NCBI GenBank assembly: GCA_010405405.1 | Contig: MU004240.1 | Location: 1,684,814-1,739,686, forward strand | DNA length: 54,873 nt | Source of the DNA: Microthyrium microscopicum | Lineage: Eukaryota | Direction: 5' to 3' | Shown here: positions 35,601-48,299 of the stretch, piece after piece | How positions within the stretch are numbered: the stretch's first letter is position 1 | Layout of the letters: every line of letters begins with the position of its first letter | Translations under genes and position numbers: made by a program | Notes under the pieces: model-generated | Told to the model about the DNA's origin: nothing | Database searches by the model: none | The model's input: the letters and a program-made list of their open reading frames with translations, nothing else

Positions 35601-36875
35601 CTATATAAATATATAAGTATTATATTAAGATTAAGTACTATATAGTATCTAGAGTCTAATAGTATTACTAAAATAACTATTACTACCTTAAAATAGTATC
35701 TTAGATTCTTTATTAATTAGAATTAGAATAATTAGGTAGCTCTATTACTATTTACTAAATTTATAGTAAATTTTACTATAAGTACTACTACTAGTTTTAT
35801 ACCTTTTAAGATATAAAATAGTTTTTTACTAAAATTAGGACTTAAGTCTACTTACTATTTACTACTTAAAGTATTATACGCTTCTATTATAATGTATAAA
35901 GAAGTTATTACTACTAATTAAGTATAAAATAGTTAAGAAAAGCTTTATAAGTTCTTAAAAGAGTAATTAGTATAAGCTTAAGCTTAATAAAAGCTCTACG
36001 CTAATAAATATTAACGTTTAGCACTAGATCTTTATTCTAAAAACTAAGTACGCCTTAACGTTTAAAATTATAATATAACTTACTCTTTAAAAATACTTAA
36101 TAGTAAAAGCGCTAGTTCCTTTAAGGTATTACGTAAAATTAATAAAGTAACCTATAAATTAGATCTTTCTAAATTAATAAAGATATATTTAGTATTCTAT
36201 GCTTAGCTACTATATCTAATTAATAATAACGTATACCTATTATAGGAATTAAACTCGCCCTTAGTAGTTATTAATAAAAAAGAAGATAAAAAGGAATAGC
36301 TTATTAATACTATTATTAATAATAAATAGAATAGTAGAGACAAAAATAAGATACTTAAATATAAGATTAAATAAATAGAATTTTATAATAAAACTTAGTA
36401 GCCCTAGAAAAATACTATTAATATACCTAATACTATATTAGAATTCTATAAGCTTTATCCTTAGAAGCTTAGTCTATACCCTTCTTAGTCTTTACTAGTA
36501 AATAAAGTTAAAGAAAAAGATTATAATACTAATAAACTACCTATAGATTAGAATTATATAGTATAAAAAGCGTTATATTTATTTATTTTTACTAAAGTAT
36601 TATACTTCTAGTTTAGTTTTTTTAATTTATACTACTAAAGAAATTATAGAATACTATAAACTAGCTTAAATAGATATCCTTTTCTTTATTAAATAGATTT
36701 AAATAGTACTAAGGTAAGTAGATAGTATATTACTATATTTCTTAGTAGTAATATATATAAAGAAGTTTTATATTTATATAAACTAGCCTAGCCTAGCCTA
36801 GATTAGCCTAAACTAAACTAGAATAAATTAAATTAAGATATAGCCTATAAGGTTTATTTTAAAGAAGGAGAGTTA

Positions 36876-37204
36876 TATAAAGAATCCTTATAGGTTTAGT
36901 ATTATAGTATTTAGATATAGAGATCTAATCTTATAAATAAGATCTCTTTATTCTATTTAGGATTAGTATATCTAAGGATCTATATAAGGAATTCTTATAA
37001 ATTTAGTATTATAGTATTTAGATATAGAGATCTAATCTTGTAGATAAGATCTCTTTATTCTATTTAAGGTTAGTATATTTAAGGATTCTCTAGGCCCTAT
37101 ATCTTTATATCTATAGCTATATTTCTAAATCTCTTCTCTTTATACTTAGATCTTATAATACTAGCTACTTTCTACTTGTCTATTATACCTATTAGCTCCT
37201 TATA
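36876..37204 (+). repeat. 3' LTR
   Basis: Direct repeat of 29276-29604, preceded by a polypurine tract. Confidence 0.9.
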
Positions 37205-38030
37205 AGAATTATAAAATAAAATAAACTATTAATTTAGAATAGATAGAATTTAATAAAAGTAGATATAAAAGTTCTAAGTAAGATAAGTAAATTTAATATT
37301 TAATAAAGTAAATATATAGAGATTTATAAATTAGCTTAATTTACTATTATAACTTATAATATAAATATTATAAGTATAACTAAATAATTAATATCTAGAT
37401 TAAATTAGTATTTAATTTAATAGTAAGCCTAAAGAAGTATACTACTCTTAATAATATTATATACTACGTCTAACTTATATAATAATAATATATTACTACT
37501 AATTTATACTACTTTAAGAACTTTTAAACTTCTAAACTTTTATTTTAGTAGTAAAAATTATCTTTATTTATAATAAAATTACTAATATTTAATAAGGTAG
37601 CGCTCTTATATAATATTATAACTTACTTAAAAGGGTCTAATAAGCTATACGTAGGTTTTAGTATAGTTATAAGATTATATTTTAAATAAAGATATTAATT
37701 TATAAAAAAGCTTATTAAATTTAGTAAAGAAATATTCTTTATAAGGACTACTTACTTATAATATCTTTCCTAAAGTAGGCTATATATAGATTTTAATATA
37801 ATTATAAAAATATATTATAAGTAAAGATATTAATTTATAACGAAGCTTAAAAGAAGCTTACTAAATTTAATAAAAAAATATTCTTTAAGCTATATATAGA
37901 TTTTAGTATAGTTATAGAAATATATTATATATAAAGATATTAGTTTATAAAGAAGCTTACTAAGTAAGAGAATATTCTTTAAGCTATATATAGATTTTAG
38001 TATAGTTATAAAAATATATTATAAGTAAAG

Positions 38031-38125
38031 NNNNNNNNNNNNNNNNNNNNNNNNNNNNNNNNNNNNNNNNNNNNNNNNNNNNNNNNNNNNNNNNNNNNNN
38101 NNNNNNNNNNNNNNNNNNNNNNNNN
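38031..38125. other. Assembly gap (95 N) between two different tandem arrays
   Basis: Run of N with about 94-bp units on the left and about 110-bp units on the right. Confidence 0.99.
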
Positions 38126-38440
38126 AGATATATATAAGATAATATATACTTTATTAGAAATATTATAAAACTATTTAAAATATTTTAAACTTATTAAGTA
38201 TATTATAGTTATTTAAAACTTATTATAAAAATATTAGATATATATAAAATAATATATACTTTATTAGAAATATTATAAAACTATTTAAAATATTTTAAAC
38301 TTATTAGATATATTATAGTTATTTTAAACTTATTATAAAGATATTAAATACGTATAAAATATTATATACTTTATTAAAAATATTATAAAACTATTTAAAA
38401 TATTTTAAACTTATTAAGTATATTATAGTTATTTAAGTAT
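38126..38440. repeat. AT-rich tandem repeat, about 110-bp unit x3
   Basis: Unit starts at 38126, 38236 and 38346 (AGATATATATAAGATAATATATACTTTATTAGAAATATTATAAAAC...). Confidence 0.85.
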
Positions 38441-40097
38441 AGCTTATACTATACTTAAGTAAATTTATTATAACTAGAGCTACGTATAATAGAATATAAA
38501 TAATACTTACTAGTAACTTTCTATATACTAAATATATCTAGATATATCTAGATATTAGTATTTAAATATATTTAGTATCTAGATAAAGTAATTATAATCT
38601 TTAAGTAAAAAATATAATTTTTAGAGAAAAGAATTAAAGATTACTATATAATTAGCTACTAAGGCGTAATAGCTTTTTCTAACTAGTTAAGATATTACTA
38701 TTTCTATATTTTATGTTCTAAGTAAGCTATATATTACTTTTATAGTTTATCTTTCTTAAATATTCTAATTAGTCTTTAATATTATTATTCTAGTCTTAGT
38801 AAGTTATAAGTAAGATATATAATTAAGCTTTTATCTTTTAGACCTAATAGAAAGATATATCTCTTATATTTATTATAGCTAATTAAGAAGATATTTAAGG
38901 ACTTAGTAGTTACTACTATAAGTAGTTACTAAAAAGTAATAATCTTTTTTTTCTAGTTAAAATAGTAATATTTCTATATTTTATACTCTACTAAGTAAGC
39001 TATATATTACCTTTATAGTTAAATTAAGTAATTATATTAATAAATATATTTATATTTCTAACTAGTTAAAGAAGTAGCTAAGGACTACTTTAAGCTCTAT
39101 TTATAAGTAGATAGATTAGATACTTAGAGTAATAATAATTATTTAGAAGTTATTACTATATATAGAAACGTTACTTACTAGTAACTTCTATTATATTTAA
39201 ATATATTTAGTACTTAGATAAAGTAGTAATAATATTAAGAGTAAGTAAAATAATAGTACCTTTAGTAGTATATTAGTTAATTATAATAATAAAAGTAATA
39301 GTAAGTAGTATATAAATTAAGTTAAGTCTATATATAATACTTCTTATTATTATAAAGTACTACTATATCTACTTTTATTCTACTAGTCTCTAAGATATAG
39401 ATTATAATAGTAACTATTACTCTAGTATTATTATTAATTATAATATTACTAATATCTATATTTAGAACTTCTATTTCTAACTTTACTTTATACTTTAAAG
39501 TACTACTTATTCTATATACTATATAATTCTTTATAATAAGGTTCTATATACTTATTATATTAAGAGTAAAATATTACTTCTATTAAGCTATAAGTAGCCT
39601 AGTTATTATTTTAATTATATAGTACTACTTACCTCTTTATATAATTAATAAAGTTAGAGATTTATCTACTATTTCTAGTCTAATAGAAATTAATATTAAA
39701 GACTAATTATAGTATACTAAAGAAGTTTTTCTTACTTTACGCTACTTAAAAAATATTATTAACTTTTTTTTTTCTTAAATTATTTTTCTTATAGAAATAA
39801 GAAAGTTTTCTTTAAAAATTTCTATATCTAGTACTATTATATAGTTATTAAACTAGGTAAAGATACTTAAGTAATATAGTAAAGAAAGAATTATCTTAAA
39901 CTTTATCTATAAATAGGTAGATTAAATATTTAGAGTAATAACTAATACCTATAGTAGTAAATTTATTTAGTATATCTAATTATACTTATAGTATATTCTA
40001 AAAATTCTATATAAAGCCTTATAACTCTTAATACTATATATTATCTAGAAGTTATTACTATATATAGGAATATTACTTACTAGTAACCTCTATTATA

Positions 40098-42824
40098 TAT
40101 AATAAGCTATAGAACTTAAGTAAGTAGATAATTAGATTATATTCTAGAATTTATAAATAAAAGAAAGAGAAAAAAAGATTTAGAAAAGCTATAGATTTAT
40201 AAAGAAAGTAAGTCTACTTAGTAAATCCTTAGGCGTACTAATCCCTTTAGGTCTAGTATATAATCTTATAATAAGATCTTTCTTATAATACTACTATAAA
40301 GCTTATAAAGAAGAATTATTATATAACTTCTCTCTTTAGTATAGCTTTCTAGGCTATAAACTACTAATTATATTTACTTTTCTAATCTATTTTATTTTAA
40401 TTTAGTCTAGTCTAATCTAGTCTAGTCTAGTCTAGTCTAGTCTAATAAACTTTTAGTAATAAATAATATTTTAATTCTTTTATAGTATAATATTAACCTT
40501 ACTAGTTATTTAAAGCATCTTAACCTCTAGCCTACTAAGGTAACTATTAAGAAGTATTAATAAACCTTAAAATATCCTTAGAATACTCTAGTTCTTAAGT
40601 CCTAGTAGTCTAGTAGTTAGTAATCTTATTAATATAAGAAAATTAGTAATATAATTATTTACTTCTCCTAATTAGTAAGAACGCTATTAAAGTTATAATT
40701 AATACTATTACTAGTAGGCTCTAGTATTAGTAGTATCTAGGTAAGATATAGACTTAGCTTATTAAAGTACTAAGTATAAAACTTAGTAATAAGCTCTAGT
40801 ATATTCTTAATAACTATTTAATTATACTATTTAGCTTTATTATAACTAGTATACTTAATCTTATATTATAGCTTCTTATATTAACTAGTAAAGTAGCTAT
40901 TAATAATAGTATTAATAAATTATTTATTATTATTTATAGTTTCTCTAATAACTACTAGTAGTAAATTAGTATACTTAAGTAGCTTAGTATTATCTATAAT
41001 ATAGTAGAGAACTTAGGCGTAGAAAATATTATATATCTTTATAAAAGAAGAGAGATTAAGTTTATAGATAATAGTATTAATCTTTTTAATTATATAAAAA
41101 GAGCCTATATTCTTATTATCTAGAGTCTTTAAAAGATATAAAGTAAAGTAGTTCTATATATCTAAGTAAACCTAATTACTTAGTACTAGATCTAAAGCTA
41201 TATAGTAATAATAGTTAGTATATTCTATCTACTAAGCTTATATCTAGATTAATTACTTTATTAAGTAATTATATATCTTAGCGTAACTTATTTATATTAT
41301 ATTTATATTAATAGCTTCTTTATTAGTAGTTATAAAGGCGTTTATAGGTTTTAGAAAGTAATATAAGAACTTAAGACCTAATTAAGAATTAAATTTATTT
41401 TAAGCTTTAAAAGGTATAACTTTTATAATAGTATTTATAGTAAAATTAACTATAAATTTAGTAAAGAGTAGAAGGACTATCTAGTTATCTTAATTCTAAT
41501 TAATAAATATATATAGAAATTACTTAAGTATAGTAACTAAAATTTCTATTATACTATTAGTCTTAAAGTAGAATACTATACTAAAATAGAGTATTATATT
41601 TATATATTTATATAAGCACTTCTAAAATATAAAGGTAAATTAACTACTATAGTCTAAAAGAATTATTAATAGCTAGCTAATAAGCTTTTATATATAGTTA
41701 ATAAAGGCTAATACTATTAAGTCTATAAATAGATCTAATAGTAAAATAAAATATTAAGTTTATATATATTAGTTAATAACTACTATAACGTATTAGTAGA
41801 TTATATCTTAGTATAAATAGTAAGATAATAAGATAGTAAAGTTAATAAAGATATTAGACTATATATACTTAAGAAAAAAGAATTAACGTAGGAAGCTTTA
41901 CTTCTTTTAATAAATAGATTTAATAAATATATATTTATAATCTTTAATAAAGCTCTTAATATTCTATAATATCTTAGACTACTAGTAATTTTTTTATAAG
42001 TAGTAATAAGTTATTACTACTTTATTATAGCTTATAGCTTTATAGCTATACGCGCTCTATATAGTATAATGCTAAAGCTTACTTTAAGAAATAAAGATTT
42101 AGTTATAATAAAGAATTATCTTATTAGTAGCTACTATATAGTCTCTAAGCTTAATCTATTCTTATTTTAAAATACTAAAAGATAAGAAGAGCTAGTAGTT
42201 AGTTTTAGTATAGTAAATAGTAATTATTATTTTATTATACTTTATTACATTTATAATATTTTATAGAAACTAGTTACTATTAAAATCTAGAAATAAGTTA
42301 TCTCTTAAAGAATTAAGTAGCTTATTCTTAAGCGTCTTCTTATTATTAAGAGACTCTTCTATAGAATTAAGTAGCTTATTTATAGAATTAAAAATATCTA
42401 ACTTATTCTAAGTAATAGTAGCTAAGTATAGTATTAAAAGGTAAATAAGTTTAATAAGTAATATAGCTAGCTTTACTATGTATTCTATATTAAATTAGTA
42501 TAGAAATAGTAAAAATTAAACTTATTAAGAAACGTAAAGGTTGTTATTACTTTATAAGATATCTTATAACTAATAAGTAAAGGTATTTACCTTTCTATTA
42601 GCTATACCTAAATAGTACTTTATCTTAAAGTAAAACTAAGAGAGAAACTTAGCCTATCTAGCTTATTATTAAAAAAAACGTTTTATTATTATAAATATTT
42701 AAAGGTTATAGTAATTAGAGAATACTTAAATAGAGTTAATAGAGCTAAATAGCTCTAGTTCCTACTTTTTAAATACGTAGATAATAGCTAGAAGCTCTTT
42801 ATTATAAATATTATAATTATATTC
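40098..42824 (-). mobile_element. Truncated RIP-mutated Ty3/gypsy element (RNase H, integrase, 3' LTR at about 40098-40323), cut by element X copy 2
   Basis: The minus strand de-RIPs to ECNYDIYDKELLAII near 42800 and an integrase core near 41400-41600 similar to 35640-35810. PPT near 40327-40337. LTR termini TATAATAA...TTATTATA. Confidence 0.8.
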
Positions 42825-42997
42825 TAACTACTATTATTAAATATTAAATAGGTATAAGAGATTTAATATAGCCTATATACTTACTAAGAAGAGAGTATCT
42901 AAGATTTAAAAAGTATTAGGTAAATATCTTATATAATAAATAATATTTAAATTAAAATATAAGTAAACTAAAAGATATAGAATTATAAAATAAGATA

Positions 42998-44200
42998 GGG
43001 GGGAGTAGTACAGTAGTAGTACTTGCGATCTCGCGGCAGGCCCTACCTGTTTGAGAATCCGCAGGGCACGGGTTCGATTCCCGTCTCCCCCACCACCCCA
43101 AAAAAGGCAATCGTTACTCGCTTTTAAAGCCACGTTCACCACTTTTTAGGGAAGGTTATCCTTCCCTTTTTAGCAGGTGTGGAGGACGAGCTACAGCTCT
43201 TTTTAACACGTCGCGGAAGGTGCAAATTTTTGTATCACGTGACCGCTGTATGCAGCCACAAGATCATCCTTGTCGAAGCCCCACCAACCAACAACGGACT
43301 AGCGTCAAAAATCACATGATTGGAAACCAGCCACAGCCACACGGCACGCAAAGCCACCAAAAAACAAGCCACAATACCACCGAAGCGCAGCAAAATCGGC
43401 ATGCCGAGACAATTCTTTTACGGCTCTTGGCAACTAGATCGGAGGATCGGCCCTGGCTCAGTAAGCTCGAAATCTAGCCGCGTGAGGCGAGATCGGACCG
43501 AACGACACGGCAGTAAATCACGGCATCTAAGGACACCACGGCTCGGTAAGTACAGTACCCACGGGTCGGCATAACGGCGCTACAAGATAAGTCGGCAGAC
43601 TTGGGGAAAGTAACCCAGAACACGCTGGGCCGAAGGACCCTAGATCTCGGCTCGAAAGCGAAGCACAGCGTAGCGGATAGCCCTCGGCAAACCAGCGGCG
43701 CTGCCTCGGATTCGGTATTTAACGGCAAGAATAGAGGGATCTAACACAATAACAAGGAGGGAATCTCGGCCCCTCGGGGGACGACAATATCGGCAACTTT
43801 AGGAACTTGAAGCAGTAGACCGAACGGAAGAACAATAACCCGTAACGGATACCAGCCTAGAGAGGTGCCGCGGCTAGATATTACCCAGAATTCGGCTCTC
43901 CTAACCTACTAATGCTTCCGTGGCTCGGGAAGCCGATGGGGCTTAGCATAGTATTAACGGCCTCGGCACGGATCGGCCTACGAAACACGATAGCAGGGTT
44001 TTCCCTTATATAGTTAGCGCCTTGGTTTGCCGAACATGTAGGGATTAGCCGAAGCCGGACCAGGCCCCAGGCCTGGAGTAAGCCGGCTCGGCTAGATTCG
44101 GATAGATCGGCTAATTAGATAAGGGTTTTTACCCGCTTATTAAGAGTAGCGTCTGCATAGCCCATTAGCGTAGCTGAAAGACAATAAACAAGATTCAATA
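42998..44200 (+). mobile_element. tRNA-headed SINE-like retroposon (about 1.2 kb), GC-rich, lightly RIP-mutated
   Basis: 13-bp TSD ATAAAATAAGATA (42985-42997 and 44201-44213); the empty site is seen in copies 1 and 3 of the host repeat. The 5' end is a tRNA-like cloverleaf and the 3' end is an A-rich CAATAAACAAGATTCAATA tail. Confidence 0.8.
42999..43095 (+). tRNA. tRNA-like sequence (possibly Ala-CGC-derived, intron-like insert, encoded CCA); probably a SINE head or pseudo-tRNA
   Basis: Acceptor stem GGGGGAG/CTCCCCC followed by A-CCA; D arm GTAC-AGTAGTA-GTAC; T arm ACGGG-TTCGATT-CCCGT (B box GGTTCGATTCC). The anticodon arm is imperfect and G3:U70 is absent. Confidence 0.7.
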
Positions 44201-46884
44201 ATAAAATAAGATAAACTATTAATTTAGAATAAATAGAATTTAATAGAAGTAGGTATAAAAGTCTTAAGTAAAATAAGTAAATCTAATATTTAATAAAGTA
44301 AATATATAGAGATTTATAAATTAGCTTAACTTACTACTATAACTTATAATATAAATATTATAAGTATAACTAAATAATTAATATTTAGATTAGATTAGTA
44401 TTTAATCTAATAGTAAGTCTAAAGGAGTATGCTACTCTTAATAATATTACCTACTACGTTTAACTTATAGTATATTACTACTAATCTATACTACTTTAAG
44501 AACTTTTAAACTTTTAAACTTCTATTTTAGTAGTAGAAATTATCTTTATTTATAATAGAGTTACTAATATTTAGTAAAGTAGTACTTTTATATAATACTA
44601 TAGCTTACTTAGAAAGGTCTAGTAGGCTATATATAGGTTTTAGTATAGTTATAGAGTTATATTTTAGGTAAAGATATTAGTTTATAAAGAAGCTTACTAA
44701 ATTTAGTAAGAGAATATTCTTTATAAAGACTACTTACTTATAATATCTCTTCTAAGATAAGCTATATATAGATTTTAGTATAGTTATAAGTATATATTAT
44801 AGGTAAAGATATTAATTTATAAAGAAGCTTACTAGATTTAGTAAGAAAATATTCTCTAAGCTATATATAGATTTTAGTATAATTATAAAAATATATTATA
44901 AGTAAAGATATTAGTTTATAAAAAAGCTTACTAAGTAAAAGAATATTCTTTAAGCTATATATAGATTTTAGTATAGTTATAAAAATATATTATAAATAAA
45001 GATATTAATTTATAAAGAAGCTTACTAAGTAAGAAAATATTCTTTAAACTATATATAGATTTTAGTATAGTTATAGAAATATATTATAAGTAAAGATATT
45101 AGTTTATAGGAAAGCTTACTAAGTAAAGAAATATTTTTTAAGCTATATATAAATTTTAGTATAGTTATAAGAATATATTATAAATAAAAATATTAGTTTA
45201 TAGAGAAGCTTATTAAGTAAGGAAATATTCTTTAAACTATACGTAGATTTTAGTATAATTATAGAGACGTATTATAAGTAAAAGATATTAATTTATAGAG
45301 AAGCTTACTAAGTAAGAAAATATTCTTTAAGCTATATATAGATTTTAGTATAGTTATAGAAATATATTATAAATAAAGATATTAGTTTATAGAGAAGCTT
45401 ACTAAATTTAGTAAGAAAATATTTTTTAGAAGGACTATACTTATAATATCTTTTCTAAAATAGCTTTAATAAATAAAATAATACTATATAAAGGTTTTAA
45501 TTAAGATAAATATTATAGAGCTTCTTTTTTAAAAAGATAAAAGTATAGTTAGAGATTTATAATTATAGTAAAATTTAGTAAAGCTTAGTAATAGTAGTTC
45601 CTTACTAAATTACTTTATAGATAAGCCTTAGCTATAATATTCCTTTAGTAGTATTATTCCTTTTATATATATTATTCTTTTAAGTTAGATATTATATCTT
45701 AGTAGTAAAAAAAGCGTAATTCCTTATTAAATAATATTATTCTAGTACGTTATTCTTTTTACTTATAACTACTTTATTAATTTCTAGTAAGTCTAAGTTA
45801 CTAAAGACTTCTATCTCTTTAGCTATAACGTCTTTTAATACTTTTCTACTACTAATTTATATTTCTAAAAGTAATATTTAGCTTCTAATATAATTATATA
45901 AGCTTTAAAATATTAATATAAAGTATTTTAGACTTCTTTATATATATTATATAAAGTAAAGTTACGTTTTAGTAAGTCTATATTTCTTAGCTTATATACT
46001 AAACTATTATATATACTATTTAGCTTACTAATTAATAGAACTACTAATACTAAAGGCGTAAATATTCTTTATAAATATTAATTATCTTATAAAACGTATC
46101 TATACTTAAATATTTAAGAGGCTAGCTTACTATTATAGAATACTATACTATAAAGAATATAAAAAAAGTAAGAAAATAATATAAGATTAGTATTAGAATA
46201 GTTAGTACTACTATATAATAATCTTATAAAGCTAAATTATATATAAGTTTATCTTTCCTTATTAAATTAAGTATAACTAATATAATTAAATAATAGAATT
46301 ATAATAAAGAAGGTTTAATAAAGTAAGATTTTATAGTATTAAGAAAAAGAAAGACTATAACTCTAATCTAGCTATTATATCTAAGTAGTACTAAGCTAGT
46401 TTATATAGTAAGTAGTATATATACCTAAGTCTTATTAAGCTACTCTATAGCTATATTAAGAGCTAAATAAGTAGAAAAATAATATTTTTTTAGCTCTTTT
46501 ATAAAAGAAGAAAAAAAAATATTATTTATAATTATCTAAAAAATTTTATATAACTTAAAATTATATAGAATTTATAGTAATTATTCAAGCTTATACTATA
46601 TAGTAGTTTTATACCTACGTAGTCTTATTATAATAATCTAGTAGTAAGTATTACTTTAGAAATAACGTCTTACTACTATAAAGTAAGCCTTCTTAGTTAA
46701 AAAGCTCTTTCTATTTCTTAATTCTATATTCTCTAATATAGTATACTTTTATAGCTATCTAATTTAAATATAAAGCCTACTATACTATTCCTCTCTTAGA
46801 ACTACTTAAAAGAATATATATAGTAAAATACTTTATAGTAAAATACTTAGTATTTTTCTTATAATATACGCTTTATAGATAACC

Positions 46885-47090
46885 TATTAGAATATATTAA
46901 AGTATCTACCCTTTAATAAAGAGATACCTTATATAAGGAATTAAGATATTATTTATTAGAATATATTAAAGTATTTACTTTTTATAAAGAGATACTTTAT
47001 ATAAGAAATTAAGATATTATTTATTAAAATATATTAAAGTATCTACCCTTTATAAAAAGATATCTTATATAAAAGATTAAGATATTATTT
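46885..47090. repeat. AT-rich tandem repeat, about 69-bp unit x3
   Basis: TATTAGAATATATTAAAGTATCTACCCTTT...AAGATATTATTT repeated at about 46885, 46955 and 47023. Confidence 0.8.
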
Positions 47091-48299
47091 TACTTATTAT
47101 ATATATTTATTTTAGTAAAATAAAAAGAATAACTTATAGTTACTTTTTAAAGTACTATTTAATAATTACTTAGCTTTAAAGTAACTAAAATTAGTAAAGA
47201 TTACTAGTTTAACCTATTTCTATAATCTAGTCTAGTTTTTTAGATATATAAGTATTAACTAGCTAGAATAGCTATAAAGCCTTTCTATTATTAAGTAGTA
47301 TTATTTAATACTACGTATTACTTAGGTAAGTAAAGCTTTCTATAATAAAGCTTATTAAGTAGTATATTTATATTAATACTTAGTAAAATTACTATAAAAG
47401 TATCTTAGTAGATTTTAATTAATATTAAGACTCTTTTAAAGTAATAATATTATAATAATCTTTATAACTATTTATATTTTAGTATTTATTATTAGAGATA
47501 TCTTATTATACTTCGTTAGTTACTTTTTTCTAATACGCTTTCTAGAGAAGATTAAAATAATAAAGTATTTTTTATATTAATTTTTTTCTTTTAAAAAAAA
47601 TTTTAACGTTTTTAACGTTAATATATTCTATATTAATATATTATATTATATTAGGTTAATTTATAGTAATATAGATAGTTTTTAACTATTAATTAATTAG
47701 TATTTTAGTTATACTAAATATTATAACTACTTACTACTTAAAGATACTATATATAGAATATAAATAATATTACTACCCTTTATTAGTTATAGTCTACTAT
47801 AGACTACTATTTATAGTAGGCTTATTAATAATAACTAATTACCTTCTTATTTAGAGATTTTATCTTATAAATAAGCTTACTAGTTATAATAAAATAATTC
47901 TAGTATACCTTTTAAGTTTAATCTTATTCTTTCTTTACCTATTTTTCTAATAATACTTTTCTAAGACTATAGTTTTATATAACCTATTATACTTATATAG
48001 TAGTTATACTCTAGGCTAAAGTATAGTAATTAAGTTATTCTATATATTAAAAGAGCTTACGTTTTATAATATAAAGAAAAGTTAATTAAAAACTAGTATA
48101 TTATTTAAATACTATCTAAACTAAATACTAGTAAGTTAGTAATTAAAAGGAAGGTTACCTAAAAACTAAAGCTAATTACTATAATTTTCTACTATAATTT
48201 TTAATTAAATTAGGCTATATAAAGACTTTCTAATATTATTATAGCTTTATTATTAGAGGTTAAACCCCCTAAAGCTATACCCGTTTAGACTACTCCTAT

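Larger units (their letters stand above)
29276..37204 (+). mobile_element. Full-length RIP-inactivated Ty3/gypsy chromovirus-type LTR retrotransposon (about 7.9 kb)
   Basis: Two 329-bp LTRs with an AGAAT 5-bp TSD (29271-29275, 37205-37209) and PPT AAAGAAGGAGAG near 36861. De-RIPped RT motifs (KTAF..YGLFEF..LPFGL, YLDDILIFS near 33835), RNase H (YDKELLAI near 34410), integrase (about 35300-35820) and a chromodomain-like segment (about 36290-36480). Confidence 0.92.
29117..38030 (+). mobile_element. Unclassified RIP-mutated repeat 'element X', copy 1 (split by a gypsy insertion; runs into the assembly gap)
   Basis: Begins TAACTACTATTGTTAAATATCGG, collinear with the copies starting at 42825 and 51852, and resumes at 37205 after the LTR element. 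Confidence 0.8.
42825..46840 (+). mobile_element. Element X copy 2 (right end not determined; at least to 46840), containing the SINE-like insertion and a 94-bp tandem array (about 44670-45420)
   Basis: Collinear with 51852-54873 once 42998-44213 is removed. Confidence 0.82.

Noticed and set aside
42999..43095. Functional stand-alone tRNA gene
   Set aside because: Imperfect anticodon arm, mutated D-loop GG, no G3:U70, encoded CCA, and it lies inside a TSD-bounded insertion.
43220..43728. Short ORFs in the GC island as a gene or LINE ORF
   Set aside because: Under 90 aa with no recognisable RT, endonuclease or other motif.
47975..48010. Possible right-hand TIR of element X (…ATAGTAGTTA)
   Set aside because: Only about 10 AT-rich bases match, and the interrupted gypsy sequence does not resume after it.
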